This document shows positions 50,021-64,000 of a stretch of 64,000 nucleotides of DNA, piece after piece; position 1 is the first letter of the stretch; each line of letters opens with the position of its first letter. The notes beneath the pieces were generated by a model, which made no database searches, had not been told where the DNA came from, and saw nothing but the letters and a program-made list of their open reading frames with translations. The position numbers and the translations under genes are program-made. Origin of the DNA: Octopus sinensis (lineage: Eukaryota); contig NC_043018.1 in NCBI RefSeq assembly GCF_006345805.1, positions 4,898,001 to 4,962,000 on the forward strand. Direction: 5' to 3'.

Positions 50021-50559
50021 CATCCTCACAATGGATTGATTAAAAGATTAAAGAAAAAGAAAAAAGAAAAAGAAAAGAAGACCCTTAAGAATAAAAATTA
50101 ACCTCTAGATGAAGCTTAGAAGCCTGCAGAACGGGTGAAGAAACCAAGATTGAGAAGTCTTGTCTTGGCGCCGTAAACATCCACGGACTGAAAGCGGGAA
50201 GCTTGACCCGGTCAGTCACCAATCTTTAGTCCTACCCACGTCTTCTGACTGATGTGCCAGATGATTAACTGAGTGATTTTTTCTCTTTTTCTTGCTTCCA
50301 TTATTAGACTGCGGATGAAGCGACCTCACTACTTACTTTTTAAAGCTCCGGTATTTATTCTATCGATATCTTTTGCTGAAACGCTAAGTTACGAGGACGT
50401 AAATACACCAACGCCGGTTATCAAGCGGTGGTGGGGGACAAACACAAATACAAAGGCACACACGCACATACAAACATACACACACACACACACACGTGCA
50501 CACACACCACACACACACGAGATGGGCTTCTTTCAGTTTCCGTCTACCAAATCCACTCA

Positions 50560-50680
50560 CAAAGCATTGGTTGGCCCCAGGCTGTGATAGAAGACACTTG
50601 TCAAAGGTGCCATTCAGTGGCACTGAACCCGAACCATGTGCTTAGCAAGAAAGCTTCTTACCACACAGCCACGCCTGCGC
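50560..50680 (-). mobile_element. SINE fragment, third family
   Basis: Minus strand ggtgtggtaagaagctt...ggttcgggttcagtgccactgaatggcacctttgacaagtgtcttctatcacagcc. Confidence 0.7.
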
Positions 50681-50901
50681 CTTTCATGAATTCTTAAATG
50701 TTATAACTTGCTTAAATTATTTCGTTTTTGAGAATCTGTAGTTTTATCGAAATTTTTAATTTGTTCATTGTATAATGTCCTCACTCCTCTCTTTGCTTCT
50801 CTACAACCTTCTTTCGTCCATCTTTACACGTTATTCCAATATGCCGCACTCCATATTTCAACGTTTTATTCTATATATAATTCTTTGTAGCCAAAAAGGA
50901 A

Positions 50902-50937
<36 letters not shown>

Positions 50938-51534
50938 CTTCTTCTTCTTCTTCTTCTTCTTCTTCTTCTTCTTCTTCTTCTTCTTCTTCTTCTTCTTCTT
51001 CTTCTAACATCGGAGCATAAGGATGTCTCTCGAGACAGCTGTGAGAAAATTGGATTATTACGAAATTTTACCGGAGGAAGGAAAAAATGTTCCCCTCTTG
51101 GATTATTTTGCGAACAGATGACTTCGAAACGTTTGGACTTCACTTCCAAAAGCTTGGATAAACAAAATATTTTTTAGTTTTATTGCTGTTTTTTTTTTAT
51201 TTTTAAGATATATTATTTTCCTCGAAAAATATTCTTTACAATCTATTCAATAAGGCGTCTTCCACAAGGAGGGAGAGTAAGAGGTGTTATGAAGAAAGCC
51301 AAATGTACTGGAGACGCCTCTTCTGAGAAAATAGGCGATGGAATGTTTTTTGAATGCATAAAAAGGAAATGAAAGGAAATAATGAACAGAATTTTAAAAA
51401 TAAAGAAAGATTAACAGAAAATGGAAATTTACAAAGAGACAAACAGGTAAAACCGAAAGAAGAAGCAGTCCTAATTTAACACACGGAACCAGAAACCAGA
51501 GGCAGCAGCAACCACCACCACTACTACTACTACT

Positions 51535-51568
<34 letters not shown>

Positions 51569-52799
51569 TATCTGAAACAACGACAACATTTGAAGAATTA
51601 AGAATAACTAGAAGGCTTTCTGCTACGAGGAACCAGAAAAAGAGAGAAGGAGGAGGAGAAGAAGAGAGAGAGAGAGAGAGAGAGGAAGGAGACTGACAGA
51701 GGGAGGAAGAGAGGGGCAGGTAGCAGAAGAGTGAGCAACAGTAAGAGTAGGCCCCAGAAATTGGTGTCCCATCAATTCCAGCACCATTTGCGGCTCCTTG
51801 GAGTGTTCAGGTGTTCGGGGTGGGGGTGTGCAACAGACCAAACACCAGCTTCACTACCAATGCCACGTGATGTGACCATTGTGTTACATTGTCCGATGTG
51901 TTGCAGGACCAGCTTCTTTCTAAGCTCGTCGTCGGCGTCATCAACATCACCATCATCGTCATCCTCTTCCTCTTCCTCCTCCTCATCATTATCATCAACA
52001 ACAACAACAACAACGACGACGACAACAACAACAGCAGTAGCAGCAGCCACAACAACAACAACAACGACAGTAACAGAAGGTGCAGAAATCTTGTAAGATA
52101 TTAATAAATGATCTTAATATAAGCCAAAGGGAAGTTGTAAACAGGCGTCGAGTCCAATCAAAGAAAGAGACATGGCAACGATATGTTACAAAGGTGTGCG
52201 TCTCCTTGCCCGTGGTTTTTATCCAGAGAAGACGATGACATACTCCTGCTCAGTTAAGCTGGAATAGGCTTCGTTATGCCTTCAGAGGATCAGTTAAAAG
52301 TAAACCTTAGATGATGTATGAACGTGAGATATGTTTCACTGGTACGAGTAAAGTTTATAGAAGTGTTTGTCTGATCTTCAAAACTGAAGAGAAACTGAGA
52401 AAACGGACGAAAGAGATGAGTTATAGGCATGCCTATAAACTGATGCTGCAATATATGGGATAACCTAACATGGGGATCCTATAAATGAACATTATTGGCA
52501 GCGATAATATTTGGCTCGTTGCACGCCCTGATAATTCCCCGAAAATAGCCGAAAATTCCTAGAGGTGTATCTCATTGTGGTTGCAGGGGGACAATCGATA
52601 AGACTTGTGGAATAGAACCGACAACCTGCTTGTTACTCGCGGTGTAAGGAAACGCTGGTTCTGATTCTTTTTCTGTTTATTGTGCATATGATATTTATGT
52701 ACATAATAACATATATTGACATATGTATATATTTATGTATAATTGTATGTACACAAACATATACACGTACATATATATGTGTGTGTACATATATATATA

Positions 52800-52869
<70 letters not shown>

Positions 52870-53906
52870 GTATATATATATATACGTATGCATATGCATA
52901 CATACGTACATATAAAAAATACACACAAATCATGTGCATTTGTATGTGTGTTTGTGCATGCATGCGCGTGTTATGCCCTTGTGTGTATGCACGTGTATGT
53001 ATACATATATACACACGTAGATGTATATAGGTACAGGCACATATGCACGCACGCACACACGCGCGCAAAACAGAGATAGAATAAAGAAGCAAGAGCTAAA
53101 ATATGGGAAAGTGGTAAATGGCGGTGAAAGCTGTGAAAAATGACTTAATGTAGTAAGGTACGGGAGGTGGCAGTGGTGTAGTGAGGCGGTGTTCACGTTG
53201 GAGGGGAGTAATAGTGGCGATGGGGCCGGGTGAAGTTGGGGCTTTACTGGTTGTACTGGTGGTGGTAGTCGTGGTGATGGCGGTGGTAGTGGTGTTGGTA
53301 GTTGTTGCGGTGGGTGATGTAGTTGTGTTGGATGTGGTAGTGGTGATGGTGCGGTTGTTGTTGTGGTGGTGGTGCTCGTCGTTGTTGCCGTTGTTGTGGT
53401 AGTTGTGCTTACGGTCGTGTACGAACACGACCGTAAAAATATAAATGGCAGCAGCGGTGGAGAGTATAGTAGTAATAGTAGTAGTGGTGGTGGTGTGAGT
53501 AGTAGTAACGGTAGTAGTAGTAGTAGTGGGTAGTAGGGGTAGTAGTTGTGCTGGTGGTTGTGTAGTAATTGTTGTAAAAGTAGTAGCAGTAGTTGCTGAT
53601 GTTTATGTTGATGATGATGCTGGTTAATTTAGTGGAGGTTGAATATTTTGGTCAAGGAGTGAAAACTATAGAAATAACAACCACTGCCAATACTACAGCA
53701 CTAACACTAAGATTGCTACTAACACTACACAACACCGCCATCAACGCTACCTCACCACCAACTCTACTACTACTAATACTGTGTCACCGACATTAACACT
53801 TCAACATTACACCGCCCTCAAGTAATGTATCACGGCCAACATCAACACCACTACCAACGCCATTAGCACCTCCTCCACCACCAACAACAAAATCTCCAGC
53901 ACCAGT

Positions 53907-53938
<32 letters not shown>

Positions 53939-53960
53939 CACCACCACTACCACCACCACC

Positions 53961-53992
<32 letters not shown>

Positions 53993-53999
53993 CAACACC

Positions 54000-54031
<32 letters not shown>

Positions 54032-54050
54032 CAACAACACTACCACCACC

Positions 54051-54082
<32 letters not shown>

Positions 54083-55349
54083 CACCATCACCACCAGTAT
54101 CAGCAGTAGCATCACCACCATTACTACCACCTCCACGAGCAACACTACTACCACCAACACCATCACTTAGCCTCTATTAGTATCGCACCTAACATCACCG
54201 ATAAACGGCAACTGCCACCACTTCCATCACCACCACCACCACCACAACCACCACAACCACCACCATCGCCACCACGACCACCACCGTAACCAACAAAGTC
54301 CACCATTAATAAAGCAAAGCCAACGTGTGTGGGGTTCTTTGCGCTGTCATAGTGAAATGGCCGTCGAACCATTCTCTGCCCCCTTAAAAAGTGGAAAATG
54401 GAGTTAAACATTCGACAGTATTAAAAAAAATCAAAACAAAAAAGAATAAACAAACAATATGTCATGCAAAAATTTTAAAAAACAAACTCAAATAAATAAT
54501 TAATTAACGGGATGGTTACGGCTAGAACGGCGATCGAAGGAGTTAAAATGGCCGCCGACAGAACAAACCAGAGATCAATACGGATAATATAAACAGAAAG
54601 TGTGAAGTATGAAGCGGAGAAGAGAAAATGAAGTAAAATCAACTAAAAGAAAATAAAATAACAATTTTAAGGGTGACAACACTGCACGAATTGGACAACA
54701 AAAGTGTTGCACAGGTAGGGCCATGGTGGGATAAAACTCTCTCTCACACACACACAGACAGACGATACGAAATGCAAGAACCAATGAGGGAGATTTTACA
54801 ATCAGGGTTAACGTATTCTTCACACTTCTGTAAACGAAATTTCGTCCGCATTTGATTTTAAACGATCGCTTGATGTTAGAAATAAAAAAAGAAACGAAAA
54901 ACAAACAAACAAAACAAAAAACAACAGCAACAATAACAAAAAAGACAATCTCATATGAACAAAAATGGTTGAAATCTTAAGATCGACCAAAACAATAATC
55001 TCTATTTTTCAAAAGAAGATGTAAATGCTGGTTGATTGATATTTTCCCCAGTCACGCTTTGCATTGTATAGAGATGGGGAAGAGAGAGAGAGAGAGGGGA
55101 GATAGAGAGAGGGGAGATAGAGAGAGGGGAGAGAGAGAGAGGGGGAGATAGAGAGAAAGAGAGAGAGAGAGAGTTTGTGTGTCTATGCGTGTAAAGAGAG
55201 GTACAAGATGAGTGCACATACTAGGTTTGGTGGCAAGCAAAGAGTAAAAAGAGAATAAAGATTTTTCTTTTGAAAATTATAATTCGTTTCACCATTCTGT
55301 ATAAACAGCAAGAAATCTTAATTATTGCCTGGATTTTATATTTCTTGAT

Positions 55350-55565
55350 ATTGGTTCCGTGTTTTGGAATAAGTTCGGGGCGGGGTGGGGGGAAAGTCGA
55401 TTACATCGACCCCGGTATTCAACTCGTATTTGTTTTGTCGATCCTGAAAGGACGACAAGCAAAGTCAACCTCGGCGGAATTTGAACTCAGACCGTAAAGA
55501 CGGACGAAATGCCGCAATGCATTCTCCTCGCTTTGCTGGCGATTCTGCCCGCTCGCAGCCTCAAC
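55350..55565 (-). mobile_element. tRNA-derived SINE, main family
   Basis: Full-length motif set on the minus strand. Confidence 0.85.
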
Positions 55566-56970
55566 GCTTTCTTCTATTATCAACGGTGATAAAAATATAT
55601 TTCTAAAATTATGCGCCGTATGACGAACAACACTAGTTTAATATTCAATTCGTACTTCTGGAATTGTAAACATTAAATAACTCCTGAATTTTCTCTATAT
55701 AAATGTAGCTTGCCATCTTGTGCAGTACTGTGTGGGAAAGCCAGCCGTCACTTGTAAGCGGGTGTGGAGAGGTAACCCGCTAATCGTTTTTCTAGGTACG
55801 GGCGTAGTTACGAGTAGACACAGATTATTTCGGCCCCCGTCACCGTTGATCCAATGGAACATGCCGAACGTGACAGCTGGTGGTGTCGATGGTAAGCTTG
55901 TAGTAGAGATTGTATAGTAGGGTAATGGCGGTGGTAGTGGTGATAATATGGGGGTGGAAGTGGGGATCATAGTGCTGTTGGTAGTTGTAGGGAAGATATT
56001 GGCGTAAAATGGGGCGAAGCATAAACGAAAGTAAATGCTCTCTGTAATGTTATACGCACACGGTCACGCACACGTACATGGTGCCAAAATTCGCCCCCAC
56101 CCGGGTAGGTAACTTAGAATGATTTCAGGTTTATCAAATAAGAGAAGTAATAGTTGAGTTATTAGGTTATTAGTTCATATAACACAAAACACATTCTCTC
56201 ATCCCCCCCCCCCCCACATAATTATTCTGCCTCTTTCAGAAACCGAGGAAAGAGATCGGCAATGGCCTTATCGAAACAAGTTACACCACCAAATGGAAGA
56301 GTAAAGAACAAACCAGTTCATGTTTAATATCACAAGACAGAGAAGGCGAACATATGCCAAAGGAAACCCTTAAAACTATCTCGATCGCAATATTTCGGCC
56401 AATGCCGACAGTTTTGCTAGTAATTGTTTAACTTCTGGAAGCCACGAGATTAGCCGAAACGTATTGTGTTAAGCGTTTGTGCCCAGTAAAGTCACCTCTT
56501 TCTTATATGCACACCCTGACATAAGGTCTCCCCCATTTGTGCAACTGAGATTAAACTCTTCAGTGTGAGATCATGACACGGGAGAGTATGCACTAGTTGG
56601 ATGTGTGTGTGTGTATGAGTATGTGTGATTGTGTTGTGTGAGTGTGTATGTGTATGTGTGATTGTGTAGTGTGTGTGTGTATGTGTGATTGTGTTGTGTG
56701 AGTGTGTGTTTCGAGTTATTTCATTATAATTATATAGCGTTCCGTATTTAAGTATAGTTCCGTGTTAGTCCGGTAATTTTTAACACATCGAGCGATATGT
56801 CAGCCTTGTATAAAATAAATGCTCTCACAACATAAGGGCTGCATTTTTCTATACACAGGTAGGGTATGTATGTATATACATACATATATACGTGTATACA
56901 CATACATACATATCTACACACACACACATATATGTATACATATCTCTCTCTATATCTATGTATTTTTATT

Positions 56971-57012
<42 letters not shown>

Positions 57013-57637
57013 CGTATGCATGTATGTATATGAATATGTATATGATAAATGTATGATTATGTTGAGCGTTTATTTATGTCATACAATACAGATAAAACAC
57101 GTAACATGTTGATAAAACCGATCAAAAAACAGCTTACCTGGGATTTGAAAATCCCTCCGTACACTCACGCACACGCATACACACACACACATACACTACT
57201 AACACATGAACAGGAATGCATGTGCACACTTCTGTATAAGAATATCAATTTGTCGACATCTATACATTAACAAATTTTACACGCATTAAGCGTTCTGTGT
57301 CTACAAGTGTAGAGTTATGTATAAGTGTATAATATATAGATGAGCATATACGTACATGTTTGTGTACATCCCTCTCTCTCTCTCTCTCTCTCTCCCTCTC
57401 TCTCTCTCTCTCTACATGCATACACACACACACACACGCATATACCTGTACATATATAAAGTGTATGGAATATATGTTTAAAACTATATTTCATATTTTA
57501 TTCATATTAAGTTGATGCAGTAACAAGATTTTGAAATAAAACGAGAAGATATATTGTGCTTTTTTTCCATTTGTACACGCACACACACACACGCACATAT
57601 GCATACATACATACATACATAGGCATACGTACGTACA

Positions 57638-57670
<33 letters not shown>

Positions 57671-57742
57671 GCATACATATAATGCTAAATATGTGTATAT
57701 GTATATATATATGTGTGTGTGTATGTTCTATATAAATACATG

Positions 57743-57773
<31 letters not shown>

Positions 57774-57915
57774 TGTCTATATATAGACATATATGTGTCT
57801 ATATATATATATATATACACATATATACATATATATGTATATATGTATGTATTAGATGCTTATATGCATATGTGTATGTTTATTCATCCCGCTACCTCTG
57901 CTCTCTCTCTCTGTC

Positions 57916-57959
<44 letters not shown>

Positions 57960-58264
57960 ATCAATGTATGTATACTTATATATACTGGATTGTATAAACA
58001 TGTAATGGAAAAAGGTAGAGAATATTCCATACAAAGTCAAGAATGTCGTTTTTTGCCGGAAGCAAAAGTTTTGATAGTTAAATACATTTATGAATGTACA
58101 TAACCTATGTATGTGTGTATGTATGTGTGTATGTATGTATGTATGTATGTATGAATGTATGTATGTATGTATGTATGTATGTATGGTGTATGTATGTATG
58201 TATGTATGTGTGTAGAGCAATATTATTTGTATAATTCATTTTATGATTTGCTAAATATCTACCG

Positions 58265-58302
<38 letters not shown>

Positions 58303-58787
58303 GTATGTATGTATATATGTATGTATATATAAATAAATAAATGATATCTACATCCAGATATACGCACACACAAACACACACATATACATGCACAACACAT
58401 CATCTATTTATACTCTTCCATTGTTTTCAAATTTTATAAAAACGCATTTGTATAGAAATATTCATTTTAAAACTGAAGCTATATTTGAAATGAAAAAAAA
58501 TAAAGAAATAATATGCACATTTACACCCTCACACCCCATACACACACATATATACACGTACATATATATGTGTGTGCAAATATATACATATACATATATA
58601 TATATGTACATATACATATGTGTATATATTTTGACACACGCACACACTCACACACACACACACACATACACACACACATACACATACACATATACATAGA
58701 TGGATGCTAACATTTTTTTAAAGATTCTATCCTAGCATCGTTTCACCAGTTTTCCGCCATTTCCTTCGATTCGCTTTCTTTCCACTC

Positions 58788-58895
58788 CCTCCTTCCTTTC
58801 TTCTTTTCCTCCTTCCTTTCTTCTTTCCCTCCTTCCTTTCTTCTTTCCCTCCTTCCTTTCTTCTTTCCCTCCTTCCTTTCTTCTTTCCTTCCTTC
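58788..58895. repeat. 20-bp pyrimidine minisatellite, ~5 copies
   Basis: Unit ctccttcctttcttctttcc. Confidence 0.9.
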
Positions 58896-60326
58896 CTCCT
58901 TATATTCAGGTTATCATTTTTTTAAAAAATCGTTTTTCTTTCTCTTATTCTTTCATTCACTCTTTCTTTTCATTCGCATCTAATTTCTTTATGCTTACAT
59001 GCGCGTACACACTCACACACACACACACACACACACCTAGAAACAAATATAGAAACAAACCCACTCAAAATCCTCTCTCTCTACCCATATATATTATATA
59101 AGTTTGTATACATGTGCGTATACACACACACACACATATATATATACACACATATATATATATACACATGTGTATATATATATACATATACTTATATATA
59201 TACACGATGTATATATATATATATTTAAATACAGATATATATATAAGCATATATTTATATATACTTATACGTTAATATTTTACACATATACGTATATGTA
59301 TTCATATATATATATGTGCATATATATATATGTGTGTGTGTGTATGTATATATATATATATTATATATATATATATATATGTACGTACATGTGTGTGTAT
59401 GTTTGTATACACACATTTACTTTTACAAACTTTCAATTTACTTTTCAATTCCAGTTTGTGATTTGCTCTTTGGCGGTAAATTTTCTTTTTGTAATTCATA
59501 TATATTTATAACTTTTTTAAAGCACACACACACACACGTATATATATATATATATAATATTATATTTCTAATTCCTTCTTCTTTGCAGGGTTTATCTAAT
59601 TCATTTATTTATATATTTATTTATTTATTGTTAAATGGAATTTTCTGGAATTTTCTAGCTGAACATAATATTGCTTCGCCGTTCTTGGAAAGAGCTATTC
59701 CTTATTAAATGTACTCTAAGTTGGCATTCTATCTTTGCACTCTTTCCTACGCAATCGCACATGCATGCACATGCGCACATGCACATGCGCACATGCACAC
59801 AGTATTCATGCGCTTATACGTATATGTATGTGTGTGTATGTGTGTGTGTGTATGTTAGTGTGTGCGAGTGTATATATATAATTATAATTGAAGTGTACAA
59901 TATAATATGTCCATTGCGGCCATTATGGCCGATTTTACCAGTAGGTTTCGCATTAAGAGTTTAGCGGGATGTTGGGTAACAGACCAATTATGTAACCCAG
60001 CGCTCTTCAGAGAAGACAGTCAATCAAGAATATATGGTGACTGGATATAGAATACTGTACACGTCAATTATTATATCAGTCTAATGTAAAAGTGCATATT
60101 TTTTCTGACTTATGGATTCTTAGACGGCCAAATCAAGTAATATGTATTAAATGAATTCACAATTTCACTGCTTGTTCTTAATACACTGTACGACCCTATG
60201 TCTTGTACAAGTTGGCCAGTTCTGAATCCATTCATACGGACAATCTTTCGAAAGCTAACACGATGCGAAGAGCATTTTGACCAAAATTTGTATAACATTC
60301 GATAGTCTGGTTGGTCACGTGATCAT

Positions 60327-60391
<65 letters not shown>

Positions 60392-60401
60392 CACACACAC
60401 A

Positions 60402-61582
60402 CAGGGTACGGTGAATAAATTGTCATCTAAATTAAACAAAAATGAAAATAACACAGACATCTCATATTAACATATATTTACCAAAATTACATAAAAATAC
60501 CTTAAAATACTAAAGAGTAAATTGGTTTCTAAATACTAAAGAGTAAAATCGCAATTGGTTTCAACCATGGCGTCCAGACGGCTTTGGAATTTCATGCATC
60601 TTTTCTGGATGGTCTCCTTGTTTAAGTTGATGAATGCTACCATAATCATTGCTTTCAGTTCATCTTTGGTGTTACAAGGAGTTTTGTTGGTATCTCGCTT
60701 AACTGCGCCCTAAATATAATAATGTTAGGGGTGATGTGGTTGCAGAAATTTTCTGTTAGCCATGACTGAGTTCTCCTGATTGTATGGCATGGTGTAGAGT
60801 TCTGTTGCCAAAAATAGGGTCTTCCAGCACCCACCCTCTTGACTCAGGGCAGCACTACCTCCTCCAGGCACTTGATGTGGGCCTCCGTGTTGAGTCTGAA
60901 TTCGTATGGGAAGGTGAATGGAGAAATAATGTTGCCATCACTAGTGATCACTCCAAACACCCTGATGTTGACTGGATGTTTGATTTTTATCACTCTCGGT
61001 ACATGTTTTGGAGACACAGCAAGCCAAACAGTTGTTCTGTGTGATCCTGGCAGAAATTTTTCTCATCTGAGAAAAACCAAAAGTAAGTTCAGTTGGGGGG
61101 GATGCTTGAGTTGGTTCAAAAGTTTCATAGAGCGGTTTTTCCTCTTATCCTTGATAGCTTGGGATAAAAATTGGCCCTTTCTCATCTTGTATGAGGGATA
61201 CCGAATGTCTTCATGCATTACCTGCCTGATAAGAAAGTCAGGCACTCACATGTCCCTGGCGATGGACCTGATTGATTTGAAGGGATCGTTTTTAATCATG
61301 GCCTGGATTACAAATTCAGGAGTTCTTTTCTTATCCAAACAATCAGAGTGAGTTTCCCGGGCTGCCGTCCCTTCATAATCCCCATTAGACTCACCCAACT
61401 CTTTCTGAATCCTCTGCACTGTCTTCAGATTGACATCCAAACACTCTGAAATGTTCGCATTGGAGCATCCGGCGCGAATGCCAAGCAATACAGCATGTCA
61501 TTTCCAAATTTCTGGCAGAGTGAATTGCGTCATGGTGCTGTTTTTCTCATAGAGGGTGCCCAGCTGACCCTACCATACTGTG
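60402..61582 (-). mobile_element. Degenerate Tc1/mariner-superfamily transposon
   Basis: Minus-strand relics LGIRAGCSNANISECLDVNLKTVQRIQKEL (HTH), KSIRSIARDM, HEDIRYPSYKMRKGQFLS and VFSDEKNF. Multiple frameshifts; TIR similarity is only partial. Confidence 0.8.
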
Positions 61583-61618
61583 TAGTCGACAAAATCAAAA
61601 AGAGGCAATGCACATTCG

Positions 61619-61639
<21 letters not shown>

Positions 61640-61660
<21 letters not shown>

Positions 61661-62660
61661 TACATACATACACCCACACACAACACACAACACACACACC
61701 ACACACATATATTTTATTTATTTACAGGACACAATACATGTTTTTTAAGTGCTACTAACAGTTGAGAATATCTCAAACATATTCATCAGCACAAACCACA
61801 TATTATAACGAACTAAAGGAATTGAATAAGAGAAGAAACGAGAAGAAACTGAGAAGGCAGCGAATAGAAACGGAGGAAAAAATAAGAAAACAGAAACGAA
61901 AAACGGAAAAACGGAAAACGGAAAACGAAACTGAAAAACTGAAATGTAAAAAGATAAGAAGTCAAAAAGTCAAAAAGTCAAAAAGTTATTCTTCTTCGAC
62001 CTTAGATTATATAACTGGAAAGATATCAACAAGTTAATGAGGAACAGGTAGAATTTTCCAGTCCTTGCTTGCAACTGCTGAAGAAAATGGTTGAAGAAGA
62101 TGTCAATGACGTCGTATATGCAAAGATATACGCAGTTATAGACACACGCACGCACACGCACACACACACACACACACACCACACACACACCACACATATA
62201 TATTTTATTTATTTACAGGACACAATACATGTTTTTTAAGTGCTACTAACAGTTGAGAAATATCTCAAACATATTCATCAGGCACAAACCACATATTATA
62301 ACGAACTAAAGGAATTGAATAAGAGAAGAAACGAGAAGAAACTGAGAAGGCAGCGAATAGAAAACGGAGGAAAAAATTAAGAAAACAGAAAACGAAAAAC
62401 GGAAAAACGGAAAACGGAAAACGAAACTGAAAAACTGAAATGTAAAAAGATAAGAAGTCAAAAAGTCAAAAAGTCAAAAAGTTATTCTTCTTCGACCTTA
62501 GATTATATAACTGGAAAGATATCAACAAGTTAATGAGGAACAGGTAGAATTTTCCAGTCCTTGCTTGCAACTGCTGAAGAAAATGGTTGAAGAAGATGTC
62601 AATGACGTCGTATATGCAAAGATATACGCAGTTATAGACACACGCACGCACACGCACACA
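61640..62660. repeat. Tandem duplication (~540-bp unit)
   Basis: 61700-62170 is repeated at 62195-62660. Differences are mostly single-base homopolymer insertions in the second copy. Confidence 0.9.
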
Positions 62661-63256
62661 CACACACACACACACACTCACACTCACACTCACACACACA
62701 CACACTCACACACACACACACACTCACACTCACATACAAACACACACACACACGAGAGAACGAATGCATACGAGTTTATGTATATACGTATACATACGCA
62801 TATATGAGTGTATGTGTATAGGTCGGATTGCCTGCACATACCTCAGTTTCTCTGAAGCCTTTGGACAACGTATAAAGCCTTCTCTTAGTATTCTTTCTCT
62901 CTCTTTTCCCAAGACTCGCCATGCGAAGTTTCCCTCCATCTTTTGGGGGAATTTTCCTTTGAACGTTTTTCATTTGTTTACACCTCTTGCATGTTTATGT
63001 CATTCCCCCGCCACTCTGTCGTCCGGCAATTCTCGACATTTTGTCGTAAAAAGAGGTTGTGTGGAAGACAAGGCTGAAAAGATTTTGGACAGACCCCTTT
63101 CTCTTTGGTCAACCCCTCACCAACGATTTATTTATATTTGCCACCGCGGCAAATATAAATAAATCGTCGTTGTCGTCATCATCATCATTATTATTATTAT
63201 TATCATCATCGATTCATTCGACTAAAGTTTCTTCAAGGCAGTGGCACAGCATGGCC

Positions 63257-63341
<85 letters not shown>

Positions 63342-63419
63342 ATCTATATATATATGTATATATGTGTACGTATATTAGTGTACATGTGCGTACATGTGAT
63401 TATATATATTTATAAGGGC

Positions 63420-63517
<98 letters not shown>

Positions 63518-63645
63518 GCATATATATGTATATATATGCATATATATACATATATATATGCATATATATGTATATATATATGTATATATACATATATACA
63601 CGCACATATATACATGTAACCACACACACACATATACATACATAT

Positions 63646-63681
<36 letters not shown>

Positions 63682-63813
63682 GCATATATATGTATATATA
63701 TGCATATATATACATATATATATGCATATATATGTATATATATATATGTATATATACATATATACACGCACATATATACATGTATACACACACACACACA
63801 TATACATACATAT

Positions 63814-63859
<46 letters not shown>

Positions 63860-64000
63860 ACGTCTATACATATGCATACTCGTATCTGAATACATAGAGC
63901 GTGTTTGTTTTACTGTATATTTTTGTTTTGTTTTCTAAATTCAATTGTTTTTTCCTCTTTTCATTTGTCTTTACTTTTTCCCGAACATTACTAATTCCCG

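Noticed and set aside
51772-52100. Acidic ORF DDNDEEEEEEEDDDD...ELRKKLVLQH on the COE strand
   Set aside because: Mostly triplet repeats, with no COE similarity and no clear splice boundaries.
55695-56022. Overlapping short ORFs in unique sequence upstream of the COE exon
   Set aside because: No recognisable COE motifs or paired splice sites.

Overview
Eukaryotic, repeat-saturated genomic DNA. The SINE, LINE and microsatellite content is characteristic of an octopus (coleoid cephalopod) assembly; this is recognised from repeat style, not from a database search. There is one 100-N scaffold gap at 19532-19631. One protein-coding exon is firmly supported: a 492-nt, phase 1-1 exon on the minus strand (48999-49490) carrying the FSPxNMVSxVKxKSAFAPV motif of the COE/collier/EBF transcription factor C-terminus. 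A phase-compatible candidate terminal exon lies about 27.6 kb downstream (21250-21419). Most of the window is therefore probably COE intron plus downstream sequence. It is filled with tRNA-derived SINEs, LINE relics (RTE, CR1/L2-like, R4/Dong-like, possibly L1/Tx1), a Penelope-like element, Tc1/mariner relics, Helitrons, MITEs and microsatellites. Almost all ORFs in the supplied track are microsatellite translations. The most interesting signal read directly from the sequence is a set of at least eight minimal hammerhead-ribozyme motifs from several unrelated families, most with palindromic stem III. Several sit in outward-facing inverted repeats of Penelope-type architecture, and one lies downstream of a tRNA-like Pol III head. 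Also notable are a 5'-inverted (twin-priming-like) RTE insertion and a 3' tail shared by a CR1-like LINE, SINEs and ~70-bp micro-insertions. Some duplications look like long-read assembly artefacts. None of this proves a wholly new system: hammerheads in Penelope-like elements are known, and most copies here are degenerate.
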